From NCBI GenBank assembly GCA_030704615.1, contig CM060734.1, forward strand, positions 42,904,001 through 42,968,000: 64,000 nt of DNA, written 5' to 3'. The position numbers and the translations under genes were made by a program. The notes under the pieces are model-generated. The model was not told the DNA's origin. It was given only the letters and a program-made list of their open reading frames with translations, and ran no database searches. Shown here one piece after another: positions 12,134 to 24,869 of this stretch (positions within the stretch are counted from its first letter, which is position 1; each line of letters opens with the position of its first letter). The stretch comes from Takakia lepidozioides. Lineage: Eukaryota > Plantae > Bryophyta.

Positions 12134-15100
12134 TTACTCACATGAAAAGTCGTTGTCGACCTGCTTATCCTCTGGATCGTCATCATTTCGGATTTGAATC
12201 CTCTCAATCTGTGTGCATGAAGTGGAGCCAGACAAAAGGGGGAGGAGCACTGTCTTGTAAAGGTCAGAATCACCCTCCATGCCAAAAAGGCTTCTTCCGC
12301 CTGCCTTGCATGCATGGTAAGTTGCTCCTGCACCAAACATGAGGACATGAACAGGTTGGTGGAGGGGGGATTTAAGAAGATGAAACTGGTGAAAGAAAAT
12401 CAATTTGGAAGGGAGAAAACGAACCTGTGGACACAGAAAGATCGACCACCCGTGCAGAATGGTGGCTGCATGACTCCAGCAGTATCTGCATGAACGCTGG
12501 GGTTTTTTCCTTTGCACCTCTCTAAGGAGTGCCATTTGGTCTCTTGAGAGTCTGACTAGACTGCATGAAGTTGTACAAAATGTCATCGACATGCGGCTCA
12601 TACGGGGGGTTGACGAAATAACCCTGGTCAGAAATCTCAAAGCTGCGGACGGAGGATGGTGTCTTTGAGGTGCGAATCCTCCGCAGGCAGATTGCCTAGA
12701 ACATCCTCGTCTGCCAAAGACTGCAGGTTAGGGTGGTAAACACAAAATATAGTGGAAGTTTGTACATTGGCTATTCAAAACACAGGCATACAACAATCTG
12801 TTTTGTCACGAATCTGTGATTTTCGGTGTCAATCATTACAGATTCTTCTATAGTGGAGCTGCAGAGAACATTGAAACGCAGCATGAAAGCACAAGCAGAA
12901 GGGAGACGGCATACCAGCTGACCAGGACAACCCCCTTTCACAAGGTAGAGGCTGTTCACACAATTCCATGTGCACAAAACTTCAAACCTAGAGGACTTCA
13001 TGTATGATGCCAATGCCCGACGACTATCTTTGTCACATGACTGAAAAAAGCAGAAGTGTCCCTGCATCAGAGAGGAAATTATTGCAGAACCCGAACACCC
13101 AACTCCAGTAGTTGTCATCGAATTTATTCCAGCTTGGTGTCTTGCCTTTCAGAAGAACTTCTAGCACAGGCTGGCCGTCCGGGATGTCGAGAATGATCAT
13201 GTCAGCCGCAAATATTTTCTGCACACCGCACACGAAGGTGGGACCAGTGCTCACCTGCAACAGACATGTTCAATTTTAGAACAAAGACAAGAATGTTTTC
13301 AAAGAACCAAACTTTAATATTGCAAATGACACTTACAGATGCAAAGAAAACAAAATTAAATTCTCACCAGATTAAGGAATGAGATCATGTTGTCCCAGGT
13401 AGGCGAAGGCACCCCAGTGTATCCTCTCTTTCGACTCTGCATCATCGTCAGCCAACCCTCATTGACAATCTTAATCTCTCCTGCCGAATCAGCACGGGAA
13501 GGGTGTGGCCTGGCATCGAACACGCACTGAATTGTGCGGGTATACCTTCCAACAGTGAAGTCCTTCTCACTCTCCTTTTCCTTTTCTTTCTCCTTCCCCT
13601 TGTCATTTTCCTTCTCCTTGTCCTTGGACTTGTCTTTGTCCTTTGGCTTTGCTGGTAACATGGCTATGACATCAGGAGCCTTGTCTTTTGGTTTGCGCCC
13701 CGCCTTCTTGCCCTTCTGCGTTGTTTCCTGAGCATCAGGCTCCTTGGTAGCCAATGTTGCTATGTTTCTTTGGTACTCCTCGTCATCCAGAGGCGGCAGC
13801 ATCTCAGCATTATTGTTCAAATATTTCATTTGCTGCTCTTGAAAGGTCGTGTGCTCAGGTGGGCAGTCTAGGTACCAACCACAGTCTCTGAAGTAAGAAG
13901 GACTCCAGTCCTTCAATATCCCTGCAATGTACATGGTTGGATTGTTTGTAGGGTCCGACCACATGTCAAGATAGTCTGGAATACCGCTGAGGTGATTTCC
14001 ATCCATAAGCACATATTTCGTGTACCTGTGAAACACGAGACAAGACCCAACCCACCAAAGCGCGAAGTGAGTAAGATGCCAGTAGCACAGAATGAAAAAA
14101 ATGAGGAAGGAAATGGAGCTCAGAACAGCTCTAAGGAGCTCACAACAGCTCTGGATGTGAATGTCATCAACGACATTCACGAAATTCCATTCAAGGACAC
14201 TGCAAACACAGCCTAAGTTCCTAATCCAGGTGAATGCAATCTCTAGCTTTGGAAGGACACAGACATAGAAGTGAATGTCGGCAACGACATTCACTTTGGA
14301 TCTGTGATTACACTGCTAACAAAGCCTAACGATTTCTCACAAGAGGCAACAACATTGCAAGGAAAGTGAATGTCGGGAACTACATTCAGAAAACTCGAGT
14401 GACGAACTCTCACTAAAAAGTCAATGGAACATACAAAACGTACATTAAATCTCAGGACCTCACAACAGCTCTGGATGTGAATGTCGTCAACGCCATTCAC
14501 AAAATTCCATTCAAGGACACTGCAAACACAGCCTAAGTTCCTAATCCAGGTGAATGCAATCTCTATCTTTGGAAGGACACAGACATAGAAGTGAATGTCG
14601 GCACCGACATTCACTTTGGATCTGTGATTACACTGCTAACAAAAGCCTGACGATTTCTCACCAGAGGCAACACAGTTTCCAGTAGGACATTCAACATACC
14701 AAACGTACAATAAATCTCAGGAGCTCACAACAGCTCTGGATGTGAATGTCGTCAACGCCATTCACAAAATTCCATTCAAGGACACTGCAAACACAGCCTA
14801 AGTTCCTAATCCAGGTGAATGCAATCTCTAGCTTTGGAAGGACATAGACATAGAAGTGAATGTCGGCACCAACATTCACTTTGGATCTGTGATTACACTG
14901 CTAACAAAGCCTAACGATTTCTCAAAAGAGGCAACACAGTTTCCAGTAGGACATTGCACCTGTACACAACTCGCATCATGGCCCACTCTCCCCCAACCTG
15001 ACTGTCAAAGTCGTTGGACTGTAAAATGTTACCATCCTTGGAGAACTCTCAGAAAAAACAGTATCTCCAGGTGAGACCTCTCCACTTCCTTATGTATGCC

Positions 15101-16123
15101 TCCAATGTCATTTGAGGCGGGGAAACAATAGAAATGATCAAGTCCTTCAAAGTCCGTTCGAGCACAATGATGGCCCGTTTCTCTAGCTGCAAATGGTGCA
15201 TTTGTCAGTTTTGCAAATAAGGTACTCATCACATTCATGAAGTCAACAAAAATGGAATTTCCTTGAATACACACCTGACTCCAAAATGTAGCCTTGTGAA
15301 GCCAGTTGTCAAACACAATGTCACTGATTCCTTCCACCTTTGTGCCAGGCTGTATAGTGCTATTTGGGAACTGATTGAAGTCCTTCTTTGTTTTATTTGA
15401 GTTCCAAATCTCCAGCCATCTTATTTTGGTTTGGGGGTCGACCATGATACATCTCCGGGTGCACATGTTTGTCATAGTGAGATTTGATCTACAGAAGGAA
15501 CTCAGCACCAAGGCCAGGATCTACTATTCTAAGCTGCTTTCCGAAGGCGGACATCAGTTTGGTTCTGCGGATTTCATACTCTTTCTTTATTGCTGCTTCC
15601 ACACCTTTTGATGTCTTAAGTTCCTCTGTTGTAGTGCGGTAGTATTCGGATTTCCCCTTCTCAGCTGCGTCTGCCAGTTCTTGCTGCATTGATGAAAATA
15701 GGGTTGAGTACAAAACGAAATACAAACATATATTCAGAAAGACAAGTGAGTACAAGCTCGGCCTTACCGCATACATGTACTCCAAAAACGCCTCTCGAGT
15801 CAAAGAATACCAAGTGCCTGCAGCTCTTCATGTTTCGCACTTCTTGATTATATCGGGGTGGAGTACTGTGTGAAAATCATCTAGCTCCAATCAGACCAAT
15901 CCTCTGAATTTGGAACAGTGTGTGGACCAAGCTTGTTGTCACATGCGATTTCTCTGTCGATCTGCACAAAGATTGGAAACAATGCATTGGTAAACATCAT
16001 CTTTGGTGGGATTAACAAGACATTGGAGAAGCAATGGAGTCTCTAGGATGACTTACTTGTTCACGTTGTGCATAGCTGTAAGAAGCCTAGCGATGTCGTT
16101 TCCAGGATCCAAAACCATTGCCT
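12134..16123 (-). pseudogene. 3' part of a spliced ParB-like/beta-class N6A-N4C DNA methyltransferase gene (interrupted by a Ty3 insertion)
   Basis: Reconstructed exons give ADMIILDIPDG (motif IV position, 13177-13188), FLSDAGTLLLF (VI), RFEVLCTW (VII), TRMF*AICLRR (VIII), P*RGAKEKTPAFMQILLESCS..RVVDLSVSTG|ATYHACKAGGRSLFGMEGD (X-I-II, intron ~12424-12329) and a stop at 12134. Several premature stops and frameshifts. Confidence 0.8.
14130..14955. repeat. Intronic tandem repeat (3 copies, periods ~321 and ~265 bp) carrying GTGAATGTCGG-NN-CCGACATTCAC palindromes
   Basis: Units start near 14130, 14451 and 14716. The best palindrome is 14589-14616 (13-bp arms). Confidence 0.9.
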
Positions 16124-17095
16124 TGTTAGAGGACTGCCAGGGACTTAGACACTTTTACGGGATCTGAGGGGTACCCTTAATTTTGCACAGACTGAGACCA
16201 ACAGGAGCCTTAGGGGTGACAACAGCGCACTTTAGGCGGGGGTTACACAGCTCGTCACAGCCAACACAGCTCGTCACAGTCCGACACAGCCTGTCACAGC
16301 CAACACAGCCCGTCACAGCCGACACAGCCGACACAGCCAGTCACAGCCCGTCACAGCCACACAGCCAATCACAGCTTGACACAGCTGTCACGACCATAGG
16401 GAACGGATAGCAAGACAGGGAACGACTGTGGGGAACAACATCTGCGAATGGAACATGATTAGTTCACGGATGACGGTTAGTGAGGAAAACGGTTAGAACA
16501 ACGGGTAGGAAGATAAAGCCAGGAGCAAGGACTGGAAGAAGAAGAGATTCTTGGATCACTTCTTGGGGAAACACGGCGGAAAGGAGTGGAGAAATTCTTG
16601 GATCACTTCTTGGGGGAAACTTCGGACATCACTGGGGAAAATGAGGCAGAGAGCGTATCTCTGAGCAGAAAGAGGGAGAGCACGGAGTAGAAGGAGGATG
16701 ATCTTTTATGCTTAATGAATGCAAGCAGCAGAATTGTAGTGTAGAGCAGATTAGAGACTCTTTGGTTTCAGCCTGATACTTGATAGATATTAATCTGATA
16801 CACATTTCATACTCACACTGTGTAGAGAGCTGAGTGAAGCTGTGGAATGAATGGATGAGTTGATGGAAATATGATAGATTGCTGAAGCAAACTGATACTT
16901 AATTACCAACAGTAAGGTAACTAGCTAACATGAATGCGGGAAGGAAAACAAATAGGAAACACCCCCATGATACACTAGCTGTAGGTCATGACTGATTGTT
17001 CTGGGCGGGCTGAGTGCTTAGAGATTTCCAACTCTTCTATCTTGGAGTTTCCGCCTCGGATAGCGAAGGGATGGGTGAGTAAAAGCCGCGCGACA
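16124..17095 (+). repeat. 5' LTR (972 bp)
   Basis: TGTTAGAGG...GCGCGACA; matches 28584-29586; CACAGC tandem repeats at ~16245-16390. Confidence 0.97.
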
Positions 17096-20053
17096 TTTGG
17101 CGACCATACTAGGGAACTGGGTCATGAACAACCAGATGTGACAGGCATCTGGTGGGATCATGGTGGTTGGAGAATTGAAGAATTTGATGTGAATCAAATT
17201 CCTTGTGAAACTGAGAAGGAAAGATTGTCCAAACGATTCTTCCAGAGGTTTTTAGAATTACCAGACGGTTGTAAAGAAAACATTCTTAAGAGAGTGCATG
17301 ATGCTGACCCTGAGTGGGGTCTGGAGAAAGGAGTGATAAAGATTTATCAGGTGGCCTGTAGAGGAAGAGCACGTTGGTTACCAACAGTGAGTTTGAAGGC
17401 TGGGAGGAAAGAAAGGTGAATGTTATACTCATATGCATGAAGAGCTTGTACTATCCATTAAGCGAGTAGAGTTTGAAGGCTGGGAGGAAAGAAAGGTGAA
17501 TGTTTATACTCATATGCATGAAGAGCTTGTACTGGTAAAGAATTGGATTCCAAAGGATATTTTGTGGATCAAACTCACACCAAGAACAGCTTTCCAGACT
17601 TGTTTGCCATATGGTTATATGGTAATGGAGACTTCAAGTATAGCCAAGGGTGCATTGAAGCTTGAAAGAAACCCAGGCATATACGAGAGATATTACAGAA
17701 GAGAGTTTTGGTTATTGCCACATAAAAGAAATGAAAGACATGGGACATGAGTGATGAAAGAGAAGCTAGACGCCAGAGACTATCAGCCGAAAAGAGAAAG
17801 CTATCGAAAGCTACTTATCCATATCTTTGGGAGAGAGGAATAGACCTAGGGGAAATATCTGGAACCCTCTCAAACATTAAGAATCAAGAGTACATCACCC
17901 ATTACCGGAAGAACTAGAGTTGGATGCCCACTCCTTCTGTTTCGTTGCAAGAAGATTAAGGAATTGGTACGGGAAGAAGAAAGATCAATCACGAGGGGTT
18001 GAAGACCTGAGGTACATCCCTGGATAAAGATTGACAGAAATCTTGATAAGCGTTGGCATGGAAAACACCAAAAGAAGGAACTCCAGTTTCTGACGCGGAA
18101 GGTTGATGAAGAAGGAGGGGAGGATGTGGCAGAGCCCCCCCCCCCCCCACGGAGATCTCCAACACCATTTTGCAGTTGAGTTACATGAGTGAAGAAGAAA
18201 CCCAAGGGCAGAACTTGGGGATGAAAACAGAAGAAGAAATTGGAAGAGGAAGAGTATGAAGAAGTAGTAGACCCAACAGCTGAGGTTGAGACTACAACCA
18301 GGACATCCCAACCCGTTGGACCTGGATCAAGTGGAGCACTTGGATCACAGGCCAACGAAGGTGTCGGCTCAGGGGGATCAGGCGGGCTGCCGGATCTGGC
18401 TCTGGGGGGGACAGGGAGTGTGGGAAGTAGTGCAACTGAAGCTGGGAATACTGTGAATATCGTGGGGCCAGTAGCAGGGAGTGCTCAAGGGCCACCACTT
18501 GGTGGAAGATCCACCAAAAAACAACAGGTCAAGAAGGACCAGCACCAGCAAGGGTGCCAGCACCTGTCAGTGGGCAGAAGGTAGGGCCACAGATGGCGTT
18601 ACAACCAAAACGGGCAAAACACCTTTTCCAATATATTCAGGAAAGGGGATCCCGATGTACACATTAGCCAATTTGAGCACATGTGTATAGTGAACAATGA
18701 GAATGGCGATGATGCCAAGATGAGATTGTTTCCTTGTTCACTTATCAGAAAGCAAGTGAATGGTATGCAAGATTCCCTGATAATTCATTTCCTAACCTGG
18801 AATGGCTTGAATACAGCATTCGAAATAGGTTCAGGACAAGTAAAACTGAGGATGAAGTGTATGGAAGTTTACAACAGTTAAAGCAAAAAGAGCATGAAAC
18901 TGTTGAGGAGTATATGGAAAAGATGGAATTGATGATGAAAAAGCTGGCTGCAGTACCAGCACCAGGTTTACAGAAGACTTGGTTTGTGAGTGGACTAAGA
19001 CCAGAGTTGCAAAAGAAAGTGGATATGTTACCCCATAATACAGTGGAGGAGGCATTTGAAACTGCAAACAGAATTGAGCAATTGGGAATGCTCAGGAGAG
19101 AGAAAAGGGATGATGAGGACTCTGAGGATGAGTCAGATGAAGAAGAAGAGCAAGAACTAAAAAGGAAGAGTAAGAGAAAGGAGAAGTTGAAGAGGGATAA
19201 CTATGAGAAAAGATTGGAAGAAATCTTGAAGAAGTATGCCACAGAGGCTGCAACACATTGGAGGAAGGGTGTATGGTGTGCAAAGTGCAGAATGAAGGCC
19301 ATACCACCATGAATGCCACATGAAGGAGAAACACTGTACTATCTGTAAAATGGATAACCATTCTACTGAGAATTGTTACTACAACAGAAGGACAGTTGCA
19401 AGAAACTAGGCAAGTAAGGGTGCATCAGGTGCAGCCCCAGCCAAGAAGAAACAGAAACAATGATCAGGACCACTATGGTAGGTCTGGTGGTTATAACAAT
19501 GGCATGGAAGGGAGAGGTATTCAAGAGGGAATTACCAAGAAATTCCAGAGGCAACTATCAGGGTAATCCAAGGGGGAATTACCAGCCCGGGAATCAGGAT
19601 TACAGAAATAATCCAAGAGCAGACCAAGGGCGAGGACCAATGGTGAAGAACTATGTTACTATTGTAATCAGCCAGGACATCGCAAGGCAGCCTGTTCATT
19701 CTGGATTAGACACCAGAATGAGAGAGAGAGCTCCTGTGAATGAGGCCCAGTGGTGGCAGCTCACATGGTTAGGCCATGTGTTGTTACCAGAAGTAAGTAC
19801 AATGATAGTAACAAGAAGCAAAGCCAAACTAATACCTCCAGTAGTTGAGGAAGATGATGATAATGAAGGTGGCAGTGATATGCCTGAAGATGATGAGGCT
19901 TGGAGAGATGAGAAGAACTGCACACAAGGAAGTGGCAGATACCATAAGGGAAATGCAGAAGAGTACTGATATTCCTGTGGCAGATTCCTCTGATTCTGAT
20001 GGGAAGAAGGAAGAAGAAGAAGTGATGGCTGAAAGGAAGAAAGAGATGCAGAC
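16988..20053 (+). pseudogene. 5' extra ORF/N-terminal extension plus gag (frameshifted)
   Basis: Fragments ...AKMRLFPCSL..KASEWYARFP...LQQLKQKEHETVEEY...WFVSGLRPELQ (Ty3 capsid), two CCHC knuckles (CAKC..GH...C, CTICKMDNHSTENC) and NYQG repeats. Confidence 0.85.
17098..17115 (+). promoter_or_regulatory. Primer-binding site, probably tRNA-Arg
   Basis: TGGCGACCATACTAGGGA lies 2 nt after the LTR. A TGGCGAC start resembles the 3' complements of plant tRNA-Arg. The tRNA identity is inferred. Confidence 0.75.
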
Positions 20054-23000
20054 ATGCAAAGTAATGAAGAGACTTTGGCTGAAGTAATATGCCAGACCAA
20101 AGCAGAGATTACCATTGGACAGCTATTGGCTGTGGCACCTTATTGTAGGCACAGGCTGTATCAAGCAATCAATCGAATTGCCCAGGAGACAGGAAACACA
20201 CTGAACAGCAAGGTGACCAGTTATAATGTGAAGCCGGAAGGGCGAGAAACAGTCATGGACTTTGATGATTCTATGCCAGTAATCCAATTGAGAATTGGAA
20301 GCACAGAACTAACTGATGTACTGATAGATGGAGGTTCTGGAGTAAAATATCATGACAGACCAATTAAGAAGAAGCTTGGTCTAAGTAACATGAAACCAGC
20401 CCCATTTACAGTAACAATGGCAGATCAAAGAAGTGTACAGCCATTGGGATTAATAAGAGGAGTTAAGATACAGATACAAAAGATGATCTTTATGATCACA
20501 GTAACTGTGTTGAAGATGGATGAAGTCATGGAGGCTTACTCCTTATTATTGGGACGTCCGTGGCTGAAACAGGCCAGGGTATTCCATGACTGGAATTCTC
20601 AGTTACTAACCGTGCATAATGGGATACACGAGATACAAATTACCACAAAGAAATCTAGTAGATTACCTGCTACGAGAAGACCTCGAGGGGTCAGAGAGTA
20701 TGACTGGAGAGGAGGACTGGATGAGGAGCAGGAAGCTACCCTGTTTGCTGCACACCAGAGTGGGAGCAGGTTGCAGAGATGCGGCTGGAAAGCCTAAGTT
20801 GTTTAAGAGGTATCTGCTGTGGTGTAGTGTCAGCAACACCAATTGAAGAGGAGAACCAGCAGTTACCATCAACATTCTATGAAGAAAGAGAAGGAGAAAT
20901 GGAAATCCTAGAGGAACCAGCCACTGTGATTTTACAGGATGAAGTGGTGACTGGTTGGACAATCACAGCTGATGAGCAGTGAGGGAAGTGAATGTGAACT
21001 AAAGAGGAACCGAGGATGGTGAAGGTAGGAGCTGATTTGGAGCCAGAATTCTTTGAAGAAGCTAAGAGTTTGTTCATCAAATACAGAGATGTATTTGCTT
21101 GGAGCTATGAGGATCTAAAAGGGATACCACCTGAAATCTGTCAGCATAAGATTGAACTGGAACCAGGGTCAGTACCAATCAAGCAGGCAAGGTACAGAAT
21201 GAATCCCAACTACGCACAGAAGGTTGGAGAAGAGATCAAGAAGTTGGCTGAGGCTAAGTTTATATACCCAATAGAGTATACAACTTGGTTGTCACCCATT
21301 GTGATAGTTCCCAAGAAGAATGGTAAACTAAGAGTTTGTGTGAACTACAAGAAGCTGAATGCTTGTACGAAGAAAGATCCTTTCCCTTTGCCATTCACAG
21401 AAGCAGTATTGACACTGTGGCAGGCCATGAGATGTACTCATTCATGGATGGCTTCAGTGGTTATAATCAAGTGCAAGTGGCAAAAGAAGACCAAGAAAAG
21501 ACAGCTTTCATCACAGACTGGGGTGCTTATGCATACAAAGTCATGCCCTTTGGACTTTGTAATGCACCAGCAACCTTTCAGAGAGTGATAAGTGAATCTT
21601 TTCATGAGTATCTGGATGATTTCATGCAGGTGTTCTTGGATGATTTCAGTGTGTACAGCTCTAAGAATGAGCACTTGCATAAATTGGAGTTATGTCTGGC
21701 CAGATGCAGGATGAGAGGTCTGGCCTGAATCCAGAGAAGTGTACTTTCTGTGTGAACTCAGGGGTGCTTCTGGGACACATTGTGTGTAAGAGGGGACTTC
21801 TTGTGGATCCCAGGAAGACAGAGGCCATTAAAGCCTCTCCACCACCAGTGAATGTTAAGAGTCTAAGGAGATTCCTTGGGCAAACCAGTTATTACAGAAG
21901 ATTTGTCAAAAGGTATGCACAAATAGCAGCACCATTGAGCAAACTTCTGAAGAAAGATGCAGTGTTTGCATGGACAGCTGAATGTCAACAGGCTTTTGAG
22001 GAACTTACATTGTCAGTAACAACTACACCTGTGCTGATTAACCCTCACTGGCATGTAGTATTTCATGTTCACTGTGATGCTTCAGGAGAAGCGTTGGGAG
22101 CAGGTGTTAGCCCAGAATGTTACAGGAAATATAGATTCACCTGTGTACTATGCTAGCAGGTTGATGAACATGCTGAAAGGAACTATAGCACAACTGAAAA
22201 GAGAAGCACTGGCAATGATTTATGCAGTCAAGAAATTCAGGCATTACCTATTGGGAAGAAGTTTATGTTTATGTGGATCACCAGGCTCTGATACTGGTGA
22301 ACAAACCTTGATAAGTGGAAGGATAGCAAGGTGGTTAATAATCTTGCACGAGTTTGAGTTCGAAGTTGTTTACAAGCCTGGCGTTTGCATCTTGTGGCAG
22401 ATCATTTTCACGACTAACAACAGGAGAGGCCGCCACAGGAGTAGACGATCAGTTACCTGATGCGAGTTTATTTGTAATGGAGGTGCAAGGAAGTGCAGAT
22501 GAATGGTTAGATTGGCAGTGCCAATCAGATACTACCCTTGCTCATGGTCAGTGCCCACCTAGTTATGGTAAGGAGCAGAGGAAAGAGAATTGCTATCAAG
22601 GCTTACCTTATACTATGGTAGGAAGCAGAATGTATAAGCTAGGACCGATGGAGTACTGAACGATGCTTGTACCACCATGAAGTAAATAAAGTTTGAGGAA
22701 TAAAGTTCATAAAGGAGGTCATTTGGAGAGGAGAGAGACTACCAGTAGGAAGAATACTCGCAGGTTACTGGTGGCCTACTTTGTTCAAAGATGTACACAA
22801 GTATTGTCAGAGTTGTGATGAATGTCAGAGGCTAGGACCTTTGCAGAGATCTGGAAGGATGGCCTTTGCATCCTACAATGCCTACGGAACCCATTTCAGA
22901 AATGGGGACTAGACTTTGTTGGACCAATTAACCCACCAGCCAAGAATACACAGAACAGGTACATAATTACAGCCACTGATTATACTACGAGTGGGTGGGT

Positions 23001-23871
23001 GGAAGCTAAAGCTTTGAGGGACAACACAGCCAAGTCCACAGCAAGGTTCCTGTATGAGAACATACTTACACGATTTGGCTGTCCTTTGGAATTTATCAGT
23101 GATCAGGGGAAGTCACTTCATTAATGAGACCATTGAATTATTGACAAAAAGAGTTCATGATTGTGCATAGGAGGAGTACAACATATTACCCACAGGGTAA
23201 TGGGCAGGCAGAGGCTACCAACAAAATACTATGTACTATCTTGGCTAAGATAGTCAATGCAAACAAAAGAACGGATTGGGATACAAAGCTGCTGACAGCT
23301 TTGTGGTCATACAGGACTTCATATAAAGTCACCACTAAGTATACACCATTCCAATTAGTTTATGGTATGGAAGCCTTACTTCCAGTGGAATTCCTGTTAC
23401 CTACCATGAGAACGGAATGGGGAAAGAGAATGGAATTGCAAGATTCCATTAAGGTCAGGAAACATGAATTATACCATGTGGAAGAAGTACGTGCTGATGC
23501 AGCTGATAATATGACCAGAATTCAGATGAAGAGGAAGGACAGTTTGATGAAGGCAAGTTAAGACTTTTAAGACGGGAGATTTGGTTCTATGGTTGCAGAA
23601 GAAGGGAAAGATTAAAGCTTCTAAGCTTAAATCACCATGGAAAGGACCTTATGTCATACAAAAGATGTATGATAACAACACCGCCATGTTACAAACCATT
23701 AACAAAGAAATGCTGGGAAGAGTCAATGCCAATAAGTTGAAGGGGTACAGTGGTATCCATGACAAACCATTGCAGCATGATTTGCATGTTGAAACGCAAG
23801 AGCAGTCAGTCACGGCTGCGCTAGTGTTACCAACGGAGTATGGAGCACTTGTCGCTAGGGAGCATATATGA
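20054..23871 (+). pseudogene. Ty3/gypsy pol (protease, RT, RNase H, integrase), frameshifted
   Basis: VLIDGGSG (PR), WLSPIVIVPKKNG, MPFGLCNAPATFQR and FLDD (RT), HCDAS and [16 protein letters not shown] (RH), WGLDFVGP, ISDQG and GQAEATN (INT), WKGPY. Confidence 0.95.
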
Positions 23872-23897
23872 CCAGGGCGGGCAGAGGGGAGAACAGC

Positions 23898-24165
23898 GTG
23901 ACACAGCCCCATCACAGCCCAGGCGAACAAGCCTATCACAGCCCCATCACGGCGCGACACAGCCTATCACAGCCCATCACGCGTGACACAGCCTATCACA
24001 GCCCATCACGCGAGACACGACATATCACAGCCAAGCACGGACGCACACAGCTATCACAACCTACCACAGCGTGTCACAGCCTATCACAGCTTACCACAGT
24101 GCATCACAGCCTATCACAGCGTACCACAGTATGACACAGCCTGTCACAGCTCAACACAGCCTACT
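23898..24165. repeat. Internal CACAGC(C/T) tandem repeats
   Basis: Repeated cacagcctat / cacagcccat units. The same motif occurs in the LTR and at 60720-61010. Confidence 0.85.
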
Positions 24166-24869
24166 AGGGTTACACAATCCATAGAATCAGTGACAGGTGG
24201 ACGCAGGATAACTTCAGGGAAATGGCCGGCGGAAGAAAGACGGAAAGCCAGTTTAGAAAATGACACGTGGAAGTCAGGGCGCGACACACAGCTGAGAAGA
24301 AGTGCAAGAACAGGTGTCATCAAGAAAGAGGACAAGAATGGCCGTCAAAAGTACCTAATTAGCGCGTCAATTCGGATGAATGGCGGGCCCATTAATGAAT
24401 ACGGAAAAAGGGCAACGGAACAAACAGCAAGTACAGAAAACGAAATTCTTGTCACATGTGTATCCTAGTGGACAGTCCAGCAGGAAAGTCCACTAAAGAA
24501 AATTAAATCTAAAATCCAGTCACAGCGGTTACAGCCAATCGAAAGCCAGAAAAGGATCAAGAAATTGGAGGGAATTTAAGCGCAAGAGTCGGCGTCGTTC
24601 TAAGTAACGGGCGTCTCGACGGAACAAACCATCAATGCTATAGCTTTGAAGCTATGGAGGAACTAACAGACTATACGCTCGCAATATTACTTACGCAGTG
24701 GCATAGAGACGAAAGAACAGAGCGGATCTTTTCTCTTGATCGATGCTTGCAAGCCCCGCAGGCTTACAAAGAATTACCCATAGCTTTTGTGGCAACCATA
24801 CGTTTATGCTTTGTGCCCTGCAGGCATTTCTTCAATTGTTACAGCCAAAACATTTTTTGTGGGTCTAGA

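Noticed and set aside
13990-14010. Second DGNH motif (VLMDGNHL) as a duplicated ParB domain
   Set aside because: It lacks the conserved Arg and the surrounding ParB pattern, so it is probably coincidental.
13356-14879. Repeated MNV(V/G)ADIHFYV ORFs as a protein repeat
   Set aside because: They are translations of the intronic tandem repeat. Only ~14025-13367 is a plausible exon.
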